From NCBI GenBank assembly GCA_963803435.1, contig CAWDML010000012.1, positions 32,001 to 96,000 on the forward strand: a DNA stretch of 64,000 nt, in the 5' to 3' direction. A program made the translations under genes and the position numbers. The stretch's first letter is position 1, and each line of letters starts with the position of its first letter. The stretch is from an uncultured delta proteobacterium. GTDB lineage: Bacteria; Myxococcota; Kuafuiibacteriia; Kuafuiibacteriales; Kuafuiibacteriaceae. The notes under the pieces were generated by a model, which did not search any database, had not been told where the DNA came from, and saw nothing but the letters and a program-made list of their open reading frames with translations. This document shows positions 24,101 to 32,129 of the stretch, piece after piece.

Positions 24101-24983
24101 CGGTCCAGCTCCCGCCCTGCGTCGCGGAGCGCTCGAGCTTCGCCATCCGGTCGGCGCCGGACATCACCACCTGATCGTCCTCGTCGAGCAGATCCGGGAG
24201 CTGACCGGTCGCCAGGTAGCTCTCGACGTCCTGCGTGCTGATGCCCTCGATCTGGAGCGCGCGCGTGAGCGCCCATTGATCGCGGGAGACGCCGTCGGGT
24301 CGAGCCACGCGCTGGGCCGCGGCGCGCTGGCCGCCGGCCTCCAGCGCGGCCACCTCGTCGCGCGCGGCGATCGCGTCGAGATAGGATCGGACTGAAGGCC
24401 GGTTGCCTTCCGTCGCCGGCGGCAGCGCCGCGATCTGGCGAGCGCGCAGCAGGTCCGACGGCGCGAGCACCGTGTGCGTGGTGACGTCCTCGCGGTTGAT
24501 GCGCCGGGTGCGGTTCTCGTACCCCTCCGGGATCTCGGGCAGGTCGGGCGGCGCGTCGGCGACCTCTTCGTCGCGGTCCGCGTCGACGTCGCCGGCCAGC
24601 TCGGCGCGGTCCGGTCAATCCGGGCGCGGCGCCGACCGTATCTCGCCCCTGAGCCCCGCCCCCACCACGGGCGCCGCGCCGGAGATCACGTCGACGCCGC
24701 TCCCCTGCAGCGCCCGATACACCTGCGCGACCAGATCGAGGCGACCGCCCCGCGTCCCGCGGTTTCGCTCGAGGATGGCGTCGTACAGCTCGCCCAGCTC
24801 CTCGCCCCGGATCACCCGGTCCGGCCCGGCGATCTGCTCGAGCGTAGCCTGGTCGACGCTGCTGGCGTCGAGCGCCTGCTGGACGTCGTGCGGGACGGCG
24901 TCGAGGGAGAGGGCGACGCCCTGCATGGAGGTGAAGGCGGACCTCGATATGCGGGAGGTCACATCCGGGTTGAGGCCGTACAC
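18155..24983 (-). CDS. Giant polymorphic-toxin-like protein (~2,270 aa when repaired): helical N-terminus, hydrophobic segment, papain/transglutaminase-like domain, EndoU-like nuclease; interrupted by an in-frame TGA (24615-24617) and a +1 frameshift (~23299)
   Basis: Three ORF pieces join into one frame; GFCGMGQ...NHAF...YLIDTTFRQF; GH...GGGHG...HTWFPADW; start codon uncertain. Confidence 0.72.
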
Positions 24984-25092
24984 CAGGCCGCCGAGCAGAG
25001 CAGGGTTCGGGCCAGGCGGTAACGGCTCGCCTCAGCCGAGCGCGCCACCCGACGCGCGCCGCGCAGATGCAACTTCCGCCACTCCAGGCGGG

Positions 25093-25671
25093 TCAGGGAC
25101 AGACGCTGACGCCGGAGAAGTCCTTGCAGAGCTCCGCGTGGACCGTCCGCCGATCACTCCCGGTCTTGCCCGTGGAGTCGGTCACCAGGACGGTCATCAC
25201 GATGTCGTGATCCTCGGCCAGGCAGCAGTCCGTGAACGGAGGCGCGATCCCATAGGCGATCCATCCGCCGCTGCTCGGCAACAGATCGGCGCGTCGCTCC
25301 TGGGACGCGATCTCCTCGTTGGTCGACGCGAGATAGACGCGGAAGTTGAGGGTGATGTCCGTCGGATCGAGATCGTGGACCCGGACGGCGTGCCAGACGT
25401 GGAAGCCGCCGTACTGCCCGCCCCCCTGGGGGCCCAGCTGGATCGGGATCATCTCGCCCTCGGTGAGCGCCTCGAAGGCCTCGACGCCCGTCCCGATCTC
25501 GACGTTCATGACGCCCCCGTCCGACACCTGGGCGTCCGCCTCTCCGGCGTCCGACCCGGCTTCGCTCGCGTCGGGATGCGTGATGCCGTCGTCACCGTGG
25601 GTGCGGCCGTCGCAGGCGCACAGGACGGCCGCGGACAGCAGGCCTGCGCTGAGGATCGTTACCCGGCTCAC
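25093..25671 (-). CDS. Lipoprotein of unknown function (PQGG motif)
   Basis: Signal MSRVTILSAGLLSAAVLCAC; GPQGG...FHVWHAVRV. Confidence 0.72.
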   Translation of the reverse strand: MSRVTILSAGLLSAAVLCACDGRTHGDDGITHPDASEAGSDAGEADAQVSDGGVMNVEIGTGVEAFEALTEGEMIPIQLGPQGGGQYGGFHVWHAVRVHDLDPTDITLNFRVYLASTNEEIASQERRADLLPSSGGWIAYGIAPPFTDCCLAEDHDIVMTVLVTDSTGKTGSDRRTVHAELCKDFSGVSVCP

Positions 25672-26669
25672 TCGGTCACCTCCATCGAGATCGGCGGCCC
25701 GTAGCGGATGAGCACGCCCGCGGTCGGCGGGTCCTGGAGCAGCCGTCCCCCCGTCGCCCAGATCGCGCCGCGATCGTCGACCCAGATCGCGTGGAGGTCC
25801 TGGAACGTCGGCAGCTTCTCGGCGACCTCGGCCCACGCGCCTCCCGAGCGCCGGAAGATCCGACCGTTGAACCCGCACGCATAGACATCTTCAGCGTCGA
25901 CCGCCCAGACACCGATCATCTGCGGCGTCGCGGGCGGCGTCTCCTCCTGCCAGTCGGTCCCGTTCCACTCCAGGATCACGCCGTTCCCCACACCTCCGAC
26001 GGCCCACAGCTCGTCGTCGCTCCCCCCATGTACTCCGAGGAGCGGGAGAGCGGTGTGAGTTTCTGTCTCGACGTAGTCGCTCCCGTCCCAGTGGATCGCG
26101 TGGCCCTGCTGTCCGACCAGCCACACGTCGTCGGAGGCGAACCCGATCACCTTGAAGAAGACGGCGCTCGAGGTGGCCGTGAGCGGGACCTCGCGGATGG
26201 TGGTCCCGTCGTCCCGGAGCACCACGCCGCGGTTGCTGCCGGTCTCTCCGCCCACGTACCAGACATCGTCGGGGGCGGCGCCCCAGACGCCGAACAGACG
26301 GCGCTCGGTCGGTGAGGCCAGCGTCTCGAACGCATCGGTGGAGGGGCGGTAGCGGAGGATTTTGCCGCCGTCGCCCACCATTCGGATGTCGTCGGGTCCG
26401 ACGCCCTGGACCCACCACAACGCGGTCGAGATGCCGGGCGAGAGCCGGCGCCACTTCTTGCCGTCGAAGTGGAGCGCCTGACCGCCGGCGCCGACGACGT
26501 AGACGTCCTTCGAGCTGGTGCCCCAGGCGCGCAACAGCCCGCCGGGCAGATTCTCGAACACGGCACTCCACACCGGCGGGCCGCCGTCGTCGTCTTCGGA
26601 GCCGGAGCACGCAGCGGCGCCCGCTCCCGCGATCACCAGCGCCCAGAGAAGCCTCGTGTGCAGAGTCAT
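25668..26669 (-). CDS. Beta-propeller lipoprotein (WG/VWG repeats)
   Basis: Lipobox AAAC; about seven repeats L..VWG...DDVW.VG..G. Confidence 0.8.
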   Translation of the reverse strand: MTLHTRLLWALVIAGAGAAACSGSEDDDGGPPVWSAVFENLPGGLLRAWGTSSKDVYVVGAGGQALHFDGKKWRRLSPGISTALWWVQGVGPDDIRMVGDGGKILRYRPSTDAFETLASPTERRLFGVWGAAPDDVWYVGGETGSNRGVVLRDDGTTIREVPLTATSSAVFFKVIGFASDDVWLVGQQGHAIHWDGSDYVETETHTALPLLGVHGGSDDELWAVGGVGNGVILEWNGTDWQEETPPATPQMIGVWAVDAEDVYACGFNGRIFRRSGGAWAEVAEKLPTFQDLHAIWVDDRGAIWATGGRLLQDPPTAGVLIRYGPPISMEVTE

Positions 26670-26676
26670 CGCTCGC

Positions 26677-27327
26677 CTATCCCGCGTCCGGATCACAGGT
26701 CTCGGAGACGCCCGAGTCCGGCCGCTCGCCGCTGCAGTCGTTCCCCTGCGCATAGTCCGCTCGGCACTCGCACAGGCACTGATCGATCACCGAAGGCTGC
26801 GCGCAGAACGGGACGATGCGGACCACCTTCTCGGCCTGGCGCCCGTCCGGGTCCTCGACGCGGATCGTGACGTCGTACGGGTTGCCTTGGATGTCGCGAT
26901 CGATGTTCGCCAGCGGACACGCGGGGAGATTCGAGTACCCCGGCTCGCCGGTGAGCGGATCGACCTCGTCCCGGTGCGGCGGCTGCAGCCAGCCGTCCGG
27001 GGAGGGCTCGAGTGTGATCGGGCGTCGCTCCACCACCAGCACCGCGCCTGTGCAGGGATCGCGGAGAGACGTGGAGAGCTGGACCGGACAGCCGTCGAGG
27101 TTCTTGGCGCGGACGCCGATGAACAGGACCTTGCCGCCCTGAGGCGGGAGGATCAGCGGCACCTGGGCCCCCTCCGCCATTGGCTGGAGATCGCCGGCCA
27201 CGTCGCGGAAGACGGGCTCGATCTCGACAGGCAGGCTCCGGTCGCCGACGAAGCAGTGAATCGGTTCCTGGTCCTTGTGGCACGCCGCGCTGAGAGCAAG
27301 CGCCGGGAGCAGAACGAAGCGCGTCAT
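26677..27327 (-). CDS. Lipoprotein of unknown function (PQGG motif, probable paralog of 25093-25671)
   Basis: Signal MTRFVLLPALALSAAC; PPQGGKVLFIGVRAKNLD; Cys-rich tail. Confidence 0.72.
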   Translation of the reverse strand: MTRFVLLPALALSAACHKDQEPIHCFVGDRSLPVEIEPVFRDVAGDLQPMAEGAQVPLILPPQGGKVLFIGVRAKNLDGCPVQLSTSLRDPCTGAVLVVERRPITLEPSPDGWLQPPHRDEVDPLTGEPGYSNLPACPLANIDRDIQGNPYDVTIRVEDPDGRQAEKVVRIVPFCAQPSVIDQCLCECRADYAQGNDCSGERPDSGVSETCDPDAG

Positions 27328-27334
27328 GACCGCA

Positions 27335-28408
27335 TCAGTTGCAGAACACGTCGGAATTTTCCACCTTCGGGTAGTAGTAAAGGAACAAGTTGCAGTGCTC
27401 ACCCACGTCGACGTTGCCCCCGAAGGTGTAGCAACAGTCGTTCTGGTGGAGCTTGTCCTTCGCATTCACGTCGTCGCAGCTCCCGACGACCGGCGGGTGC
27501 CACTGGTACTCGCAGTCCCACCAGACGCCACCGCCGGAGTTGACGGCGCGATCGACGTTGGTCGTCATCGGCGGGTCGTCCCAGTGATCGCTGGTGTAGA
27601 GGTGGTTGGCGTCGGGCGGCTCGGTGTCGCTGACGCCGTCCCAGGTGTAGACGCGGAACTGCTTGCCGCGGGAGTGGAAGTGCCCGTTGAGCGCCTCCAC
27701 CTTGACGTCGCCGCGAGGGAAGCGGCAGGTGCCCGAGAACGTGGGGTTGGGGTTCGACTGGCAGATGCGGATGCTCTGCTGGGTGGCGAAGAGGCTGCCC
27801 ATTTCCACCGGCTCCACGCCGTCCGGGAAGCGATGGAAGTTGATCCCCACCTTCCCGCCGTACGGAGTCTTCTGGAGCTGGTAGTTCACGTAGTGCGACT
27901 GCACCATGAGCATCTCACCCGGCGACATGCGGATGCCGACGTTGTCGGGGAGCTGCCAGTCCGAGTATGGATTCTCGAGCGAGCTGTTCTGCGAGTTGGC
28001 GATGAGCGGCCAGTCGGCCCAGTTGCCACTGTCCCAGCAGGGGCTCGTGTAGAAGTCGGCGTGGCCCTCGACCAGGCTCCCCTCGTACGGGCCGATCATG
28101 ATCGGGCGGCCCATGTCCGGACCCAGGTTGATGATCGACTTCACGCGGAACACGTTCATGTGGTGGCTGCCCGGGTTGGCACCGACGTGGACGCGAGAGA
28201 TGAAGTAGTCCTTGCCGTCGTTGATGTCGGGGGCCTGGAGAAAGTAGCAGCTCTGGGTCTCTTCACCCGGCTGGAGCTCGAACTCGGGGATCCGGATCGA
28301 CCAGCCCTGATCCGGGGTCAGCTCCTCCAGGGTCCAAGGTTCGAACTTCTCGGATGGGCCGCACCCCGCAGAGATCAGAAGCGCGGCCGTGATCGTCAGC
28401 CTTCGCAC
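27335..28408 (-). CDS. Copper type II (PHM/DBM-like) monooxygenase-family lipoprotein
   Basis: Lipobox SAGC; GSHHM and QSHY (CuH), GHFHSRG (CuM), and EHCN where EMCN is canonical. Confidence 0.8.
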   Translation of the reverse strand: MRRLTITAALLISAGCGPSEKFEPWTLEELTPDQGWSIRIPEFELQPGEETQSCYFLQAPDINDGKDYFISRVHVGANPGSHHMNVFRVKSIINLGPDMGRPIMIGPYEGSLVEGHADFYTSPCWDSGNWADWPLIANSQNSSLENPYSDWQLPDNVGIRMSPGEMLMVQSHYVNYQLQKTPYGGKVGINFHRFPDGVEPVEMGSLFATQQSIRICQSNPNPTFSGTCRFPRGDVKVEALNGHFHSRGKQFRVYTWDGVSDTEPPDANHLYTSDHWDDPPMTTNVDRAVNSGGGVWWDCEYQWHPPVVGSCDDVNAKDKLHQNDCCYTFGGNVDVGEHCNLFLYYYPKVENSDVFCN

Positions 28409-28512
28409 AGCGGGGATTCTACAGCAAAAATGAGACCGATGCCGCTTGGCCCAGGACCATACGGGATCCCGCGACCACCCCCCCGAATCCCTGAGGACCC
28501 CGGTCACCGGTG

Positions 28513-29880
28513 TCAGCGTGCGAGCGAGAGGTTCGTATATTCGATGCGGTCCGTCACATCCTCGACGACCATCGGCTCGAGCCACGGCGGGAGCGCGGGA
28601 TGCATCTCTGGGCTCGACAGCTCCACCTCCGCAAGAACGAGGGCGCGGTCCAGGAACTGATCCACCTCCCAGGTCAGGCCGTCGGCCTGCACGAGGAAGC
28701 GCCGCTTCTGGATCCGGCACCCTTCCGTCAGCGACCACAAGACCTCGAAGACCGCCTGCGTGGTCTCTTCCTCGATCTCGGTCCGCTCGACGCCCGCACC
28801 CAGCTTCAGCGTCCGGTAGTACTGCACCGAGCCCTCGCGCCGCAAGCGGCGCACCCGCTCCCGGAGCCGCTGGCCGGGCAGGTAGCCCTGCTCGATCTCG
28901 ACGACCTCGGCTCCGGCCGGCAGCTCCGGCATGCCCATGAGCAGGAACTTCCGCTCGATCTCGACGCCCCGGTGGAGCGCCAGCGCATGGACGAAGTGAT
29001 CGATCTCCGCGCGGAGGACCTCGAGCCTGCTCGCCTGCCACTCGTCGATCAGGCTTCGATGCAGCGCCACCGCCCGCGCGAGGCTCCGAGCGCGGACCGA
29101 GTCGATGGAGGTGCGCAGCGCGAACTCGTCCACGTCGATCCGCAGGGCCGCGATCCGATCGGTGAGCACGTGCGCATCGTGGAGATCGCCCAGGAGATCC
29201 TGCAGGCCCTTGAGCCGCCGCACGATCGCGGCCGCGGCCGGCTCGTGGTCGACGATCGGCTCGACCAGGTACCGCAAGCGCTTTCCGGTGATACGCGCCT
29301 GATGGATCCGCTCCACGTCCTGCGGGCCCTGCACGACATCGAGCTGCCGCACCAGATCTTCGAACCGCGCCTGGACCTCGCCCGCCAGGGCCTCGGCGAG
29401 GATCGCCTCCGGCGCCTCGGCCAGGAGGTCGTGCTTCAGGACCCGCACGCGCGCGACCAGCTGCGCACGCACGGACTCGAACTGCTCGGCCAGCGCAGCC
29501 ACGTCGATCATCGCCGAGCGTTCGGCCTCGAACACCGCGCTCAGCCAGTCGATGGCCCGGAGCGCGTCGGCGCCCGCGTCGAGGCGGGCGGCCTCGAGCC
29601 ATTCGAGCGCGACCTCGGCGTCGCGAGCGGTCCCGGTCGAACGCTGGATCCGGGTCAGCTCCTTTCGTAGGGACCTGGTCTTCCTCGGCAGCCGCTCGGA
29701 CCAGCTGTCGAGCGCCGCGCGCGTCCGTCGGATCGAGACCCGGAAGTCGTGGAGCGCCTCGGGGTCGTCGGCGGCGCCGAGCCTCTTGGCTTGATGATGG
29801 GCGTCGGAGAGCCGCGAGAGGACGATCAACCGCGCGCCCTCGCCCGCCGGCCGTTCGAGGAGGTCCGCGGGCAGGTGCAT
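28513..29880 (-). CDS. CHAD + CYTH domain protein
   Basis: LHDFRVSIRR, HQARITGKRLRY, LQDLLGDLHD (CHAD); EIERKFL, EQGYL, KRR, WEVD, LAEVE (CYTH). Confidence 0.9.
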   Translation of the reverse strand: MHLPADLLERPAGEGARLIVLSRLSDAHHQAKRLGAADDPEALHDFRVSIRRTRAALDSWSERLPRKTRSLRKELTRIQRSTGTARDAEVALEWLEAARLDAGADALRAIDWLSAVFEAERSAMIDVAALAEQFESVRAQLVARVRVLKHDLLAEAPEAILAEALAGEVQARFEDLVRQLDVVQGPQDVERIHQARITGKRLRYLVEPIVDHEPAAAAIVRRLKGLQDLLGDLHDAHVLTDRIAALRIDVDEFALRTSIDSVRARSLARAVALHRSLIDEWQASRLEVLRAEIDHFVHALALHRGVEIERKFLLMGMPELPAGAEVVEIEQGYLPGQRLRERVRRLRREGSVQYYRTLKLGAGVERTEIEEETTQAVFEVLWSLTEGCRIQKRRFLVQADGLTWEVDQFLDRALVLAEVELSSPEMHPALPPWLEPMVVEDVTDRIEYTNLSLAR

Positions 29881-30374
29881 CCCGATGTGGTACCGAAGCT
29901 CGGTTCAGCGCGCAACGGTTCCTGCGTGGATGGCCCCGATCTCCCCGGTGTCGTGATTCCGGCCGTGACCAGCTGGGAGACTTGCTCCAGGAGATGCTCT
30001 GTGCCGGTCCTCGTCCACCGTCGGCAGCACGACGCGCTCGACGGTCTGGGAGGCGATCGAGGTTCTTGAGGCGCTCGCCGACTCGGGAGTCATGGCGTTG
30101 TTGATCGTGGTCTCCGTCCTGAGGGCGCGCTCCAGCTTGAAGGAGGAGATCTTCTCCTGCGCGACCCGATCAGCACGACGCGCGCCGAGAAACGCGCGAT
30201 CTCCTGCTGGTCGGGATTGATGGCAGAGGAAGCTAAAGAGCCGGTTCCGAAAACCTCCGGACCGTTCCGCGTTTCCTGTTTCGCTCGTTCTGCTCATTCG
30301 CTATTCAAAGCGGCCGTTGTTGCATCGTGCTCGATCGAGTGTTCTGCAGAGTCGATGCAGGCAAGATTCGCAAG

Positions 30375-30592
30375 TCTTCCGGACCCCTGTGGAAACGCAT
30401 TGAGCCGTGACTCCCGAAGCGAGGTCCAAGGCCGCGGGGAGGTCGCCCGCGGGTTGCGGATCGCGTCGTGATGGCAGGTATCGTCTATCGCCTTCGGACA
30501 GGGTGCCAGTGGAAGGCCCTGCCGCGCGAGTTCAGCTCCGGTTCGACGTGCCACAGTCGATTCGCGGCATGGTGCGCAGCTGGGATCTTCGA
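30375..30592 (+). pseudogene. IS5-family transposase N-terminal fragment (DUF4096-like)
   Basis: LWKRIEP*LP...GGRPRVADRVVMAGIVYRLRTGCQWKALPREFSSGSTCHSRFAAWCAAGIF; internal stop and frameshift; truncated. Confidence 0.85.
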
Positions 30593-30966
30593 TGACTTCC
30601 CTGATCGAGCCTTCGCCGTCTTGATGGAGCTCGTCAGAATCGCAGAGAGTTCGTTGGCCTCTCGGATCAGCGAAGCGATCTCCGCTCCCTGCATCAGCTC
30701 CGGATCGGCAAGACGCAACCAGTACAGCGACTCGCGGATCTCCTTGCGAGCGACCGCCATCTTGTGGATGAAGTCGGCAAGGCTCTCGCCGCCACGCGCT
30801 TCCTCGTAATTCGCACCACCTCCGGATGAACACCGGATCAGCTGTCGCACCGGATCGGCTGTCGGACAACGTGCTTGCCGGCAAAGTCGTTTGGGAACTC
30901 GCGGCAAAGCCGAAGTACACGCTTCGCAGACTTGAGCAGTCGTTCTGCGATGTCATCGCCCTTCAT
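30590..30966 (-). pseudogene. Four-helix-bundle (23S rRNA IVP-like) protein, frameshifted by a 17-bp duplication
   Basis: MKGDDIAERLLKSAKRVLRLC...RQLIRCSSGGGANYEEARGGESLADFIHKMAVARKEIRESLYWLRL. Confidence 0.85.
30831..30864. repeat. 17-bp tandem duplication CACCGGATC(A/G)GCTGTCG
   Basis: Two adjacent copies with one mismatch. Confidence 0.9.
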
Positions 30967-31171
30967 CGCCGGATCGAACAGCGAATGACAGAACGACGAA
31001 GCAGCAAACTGCGAACGGAACGGTTTCTGAACCGGCTCTAAGCCGGGGAGTATGGCCACGCAACCCGGCCTGCGTCCACCGGTCGGGGGTACTTTTGGAG
31101 AAAAGTGCGGTGGGACCGCAGTCGGGGGTTGCGGCGCGCGATCGGTCGCGGCAGGGTGTCACGTTGCGCCG

Positions 31172-32128
31172 ATGCGAAGGGTGGGAGCGACACTCTCCGT
31201 TCTAATCGGATTCGTGGCGTGCGACGGCGCCGAGGCCGTCCCTGCCACTCCGGCCGCGGTCCAGGCGGCGATGCTCCCGAAGACGGCGACCGTCGCGCTG
31301 GCCGCCGTCATCGACGAGCCGCCCCCGCGCCCCGCCTCGAAGTACCGCTATGCGGATCTGCGGATCGACTCCTCGCTCGAGGCCGCCTGCGTCGGCGCCG
31401 CCGGCGTGGAGACCGGGCAGAAGCTCGCCCAGGTGGCCAAGCGCGTCCTCGTGTGGTGGGTCGACGTGCGGCGGGAGCTGTACAAGGGCGATCATGTCGA
31501 GCTCGTCTACGAGGTCCCGGAGGATCGGAGCGTCGAGCCGATCGCCCACGCAATCTGGTTTCACTCGCAGAAGCTGGGGCGCACGGTGACCGCGGTCCGG
31601 CATCAGCTCGAGGGCGAGACCTTCCCCCGCTGGTACGGCGAGGACGGCATCGAGATCGAGCAGCGGCTGGTGAACAGCCCGCTGGTGGACTACGAGCAGA
31701 TCACCTCGCTGATCGGAGACGGGCGCGGCCACCATGGTGTCGACTTCAAGACGCCGGTCGGAACTCCGGTGGTCTCGCCGTTCAACGGATGGGTGAAGCG
31801 AAGGAACTGGGCGCGGCGGCGCAACGGTAACTGCCTCGAGATCGTCGACGCCAAGACGGGCATGAGCGCGTTCTTCCTCCACCTCTCGGGCTTCGCGAAG
31901 GGCCTGCGCAGCGGAATGCGCGTCAAGGCCGGACAGCTTCTGGCGCGCTCCGGAAACACCGGGCGGAGCAGCGCGCCGCATCTGCATTACCAGCTGGAGC
32001 GGCGGGGCCGCGTGGTCGACCCCTTCCGCGTGCAGAAGGCGATCCGTCGCCGGCTTCCCCAGGGCAAGGTCGTGGAAGTCCGGGAAGCGCTCCAGCGTTT
32101 TGGGACCTACAGGACGGGATCTTCTTGA
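31172..32128 (+). CDS. M23 family metallopeptidase (lipoprotein)
   Basis: HHGVDF, GNTGRSSAPHLHY, VDP; lipobox-like FVAC. Confidence 0.9.
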   Translation: MRRVGATLSVLIGFVACDGAEAVPATPAAVQAAMLPKTATVALAAVIDEPPPRPASKYRYADLRIDSSLEAACVGAAGVETGQKLAQVAKRVLVWWVDVRRELYKGDHVELVYEVPEDRSVEPIAHAIWFHSQKLGRTVTAVRHQLEGETFPRWYGEDGIEIEQRLVNSPLVDYEQITSLIGDGRGHHGVDFKTPVGTPVVSPFNGWVKRRNWARRRNGNCLEIVDAKTGMSAFFLHLSGFAKGLRSGMRVKAGQLLARSGNTGRSSAPHLHYQLERRGRVVDPFRVQKAIRRRLPQGKVVEVREALQRFGTYRTGSS

Positions 32129-32129
32129 G

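Larger units (their letters stand above)
30237..31039. mobile_element. Degenerate IS5-family-derived element bounded by inverted repeats
   Basis: AGAGCCGGTTC(C/A)GAAA inverted at both ends (15/16); sub-terminal inverted match 30286-30306 vs 30976-30995; lower GC; transposase remnant inside. Confidence 0.65.

Noticed and set aside
29905-30297. 130-aa minus-strand ORF beside the IS remnant
   Set aside because: Starts inside the inverted repeat and has no recognisable motif; at most a gene remnant
30590-30966. Diversity-generating retroelement (Avd-like four-helix bundle)
   Set aside because: No reverse transcriptase or TR/VR repeat pair in the window
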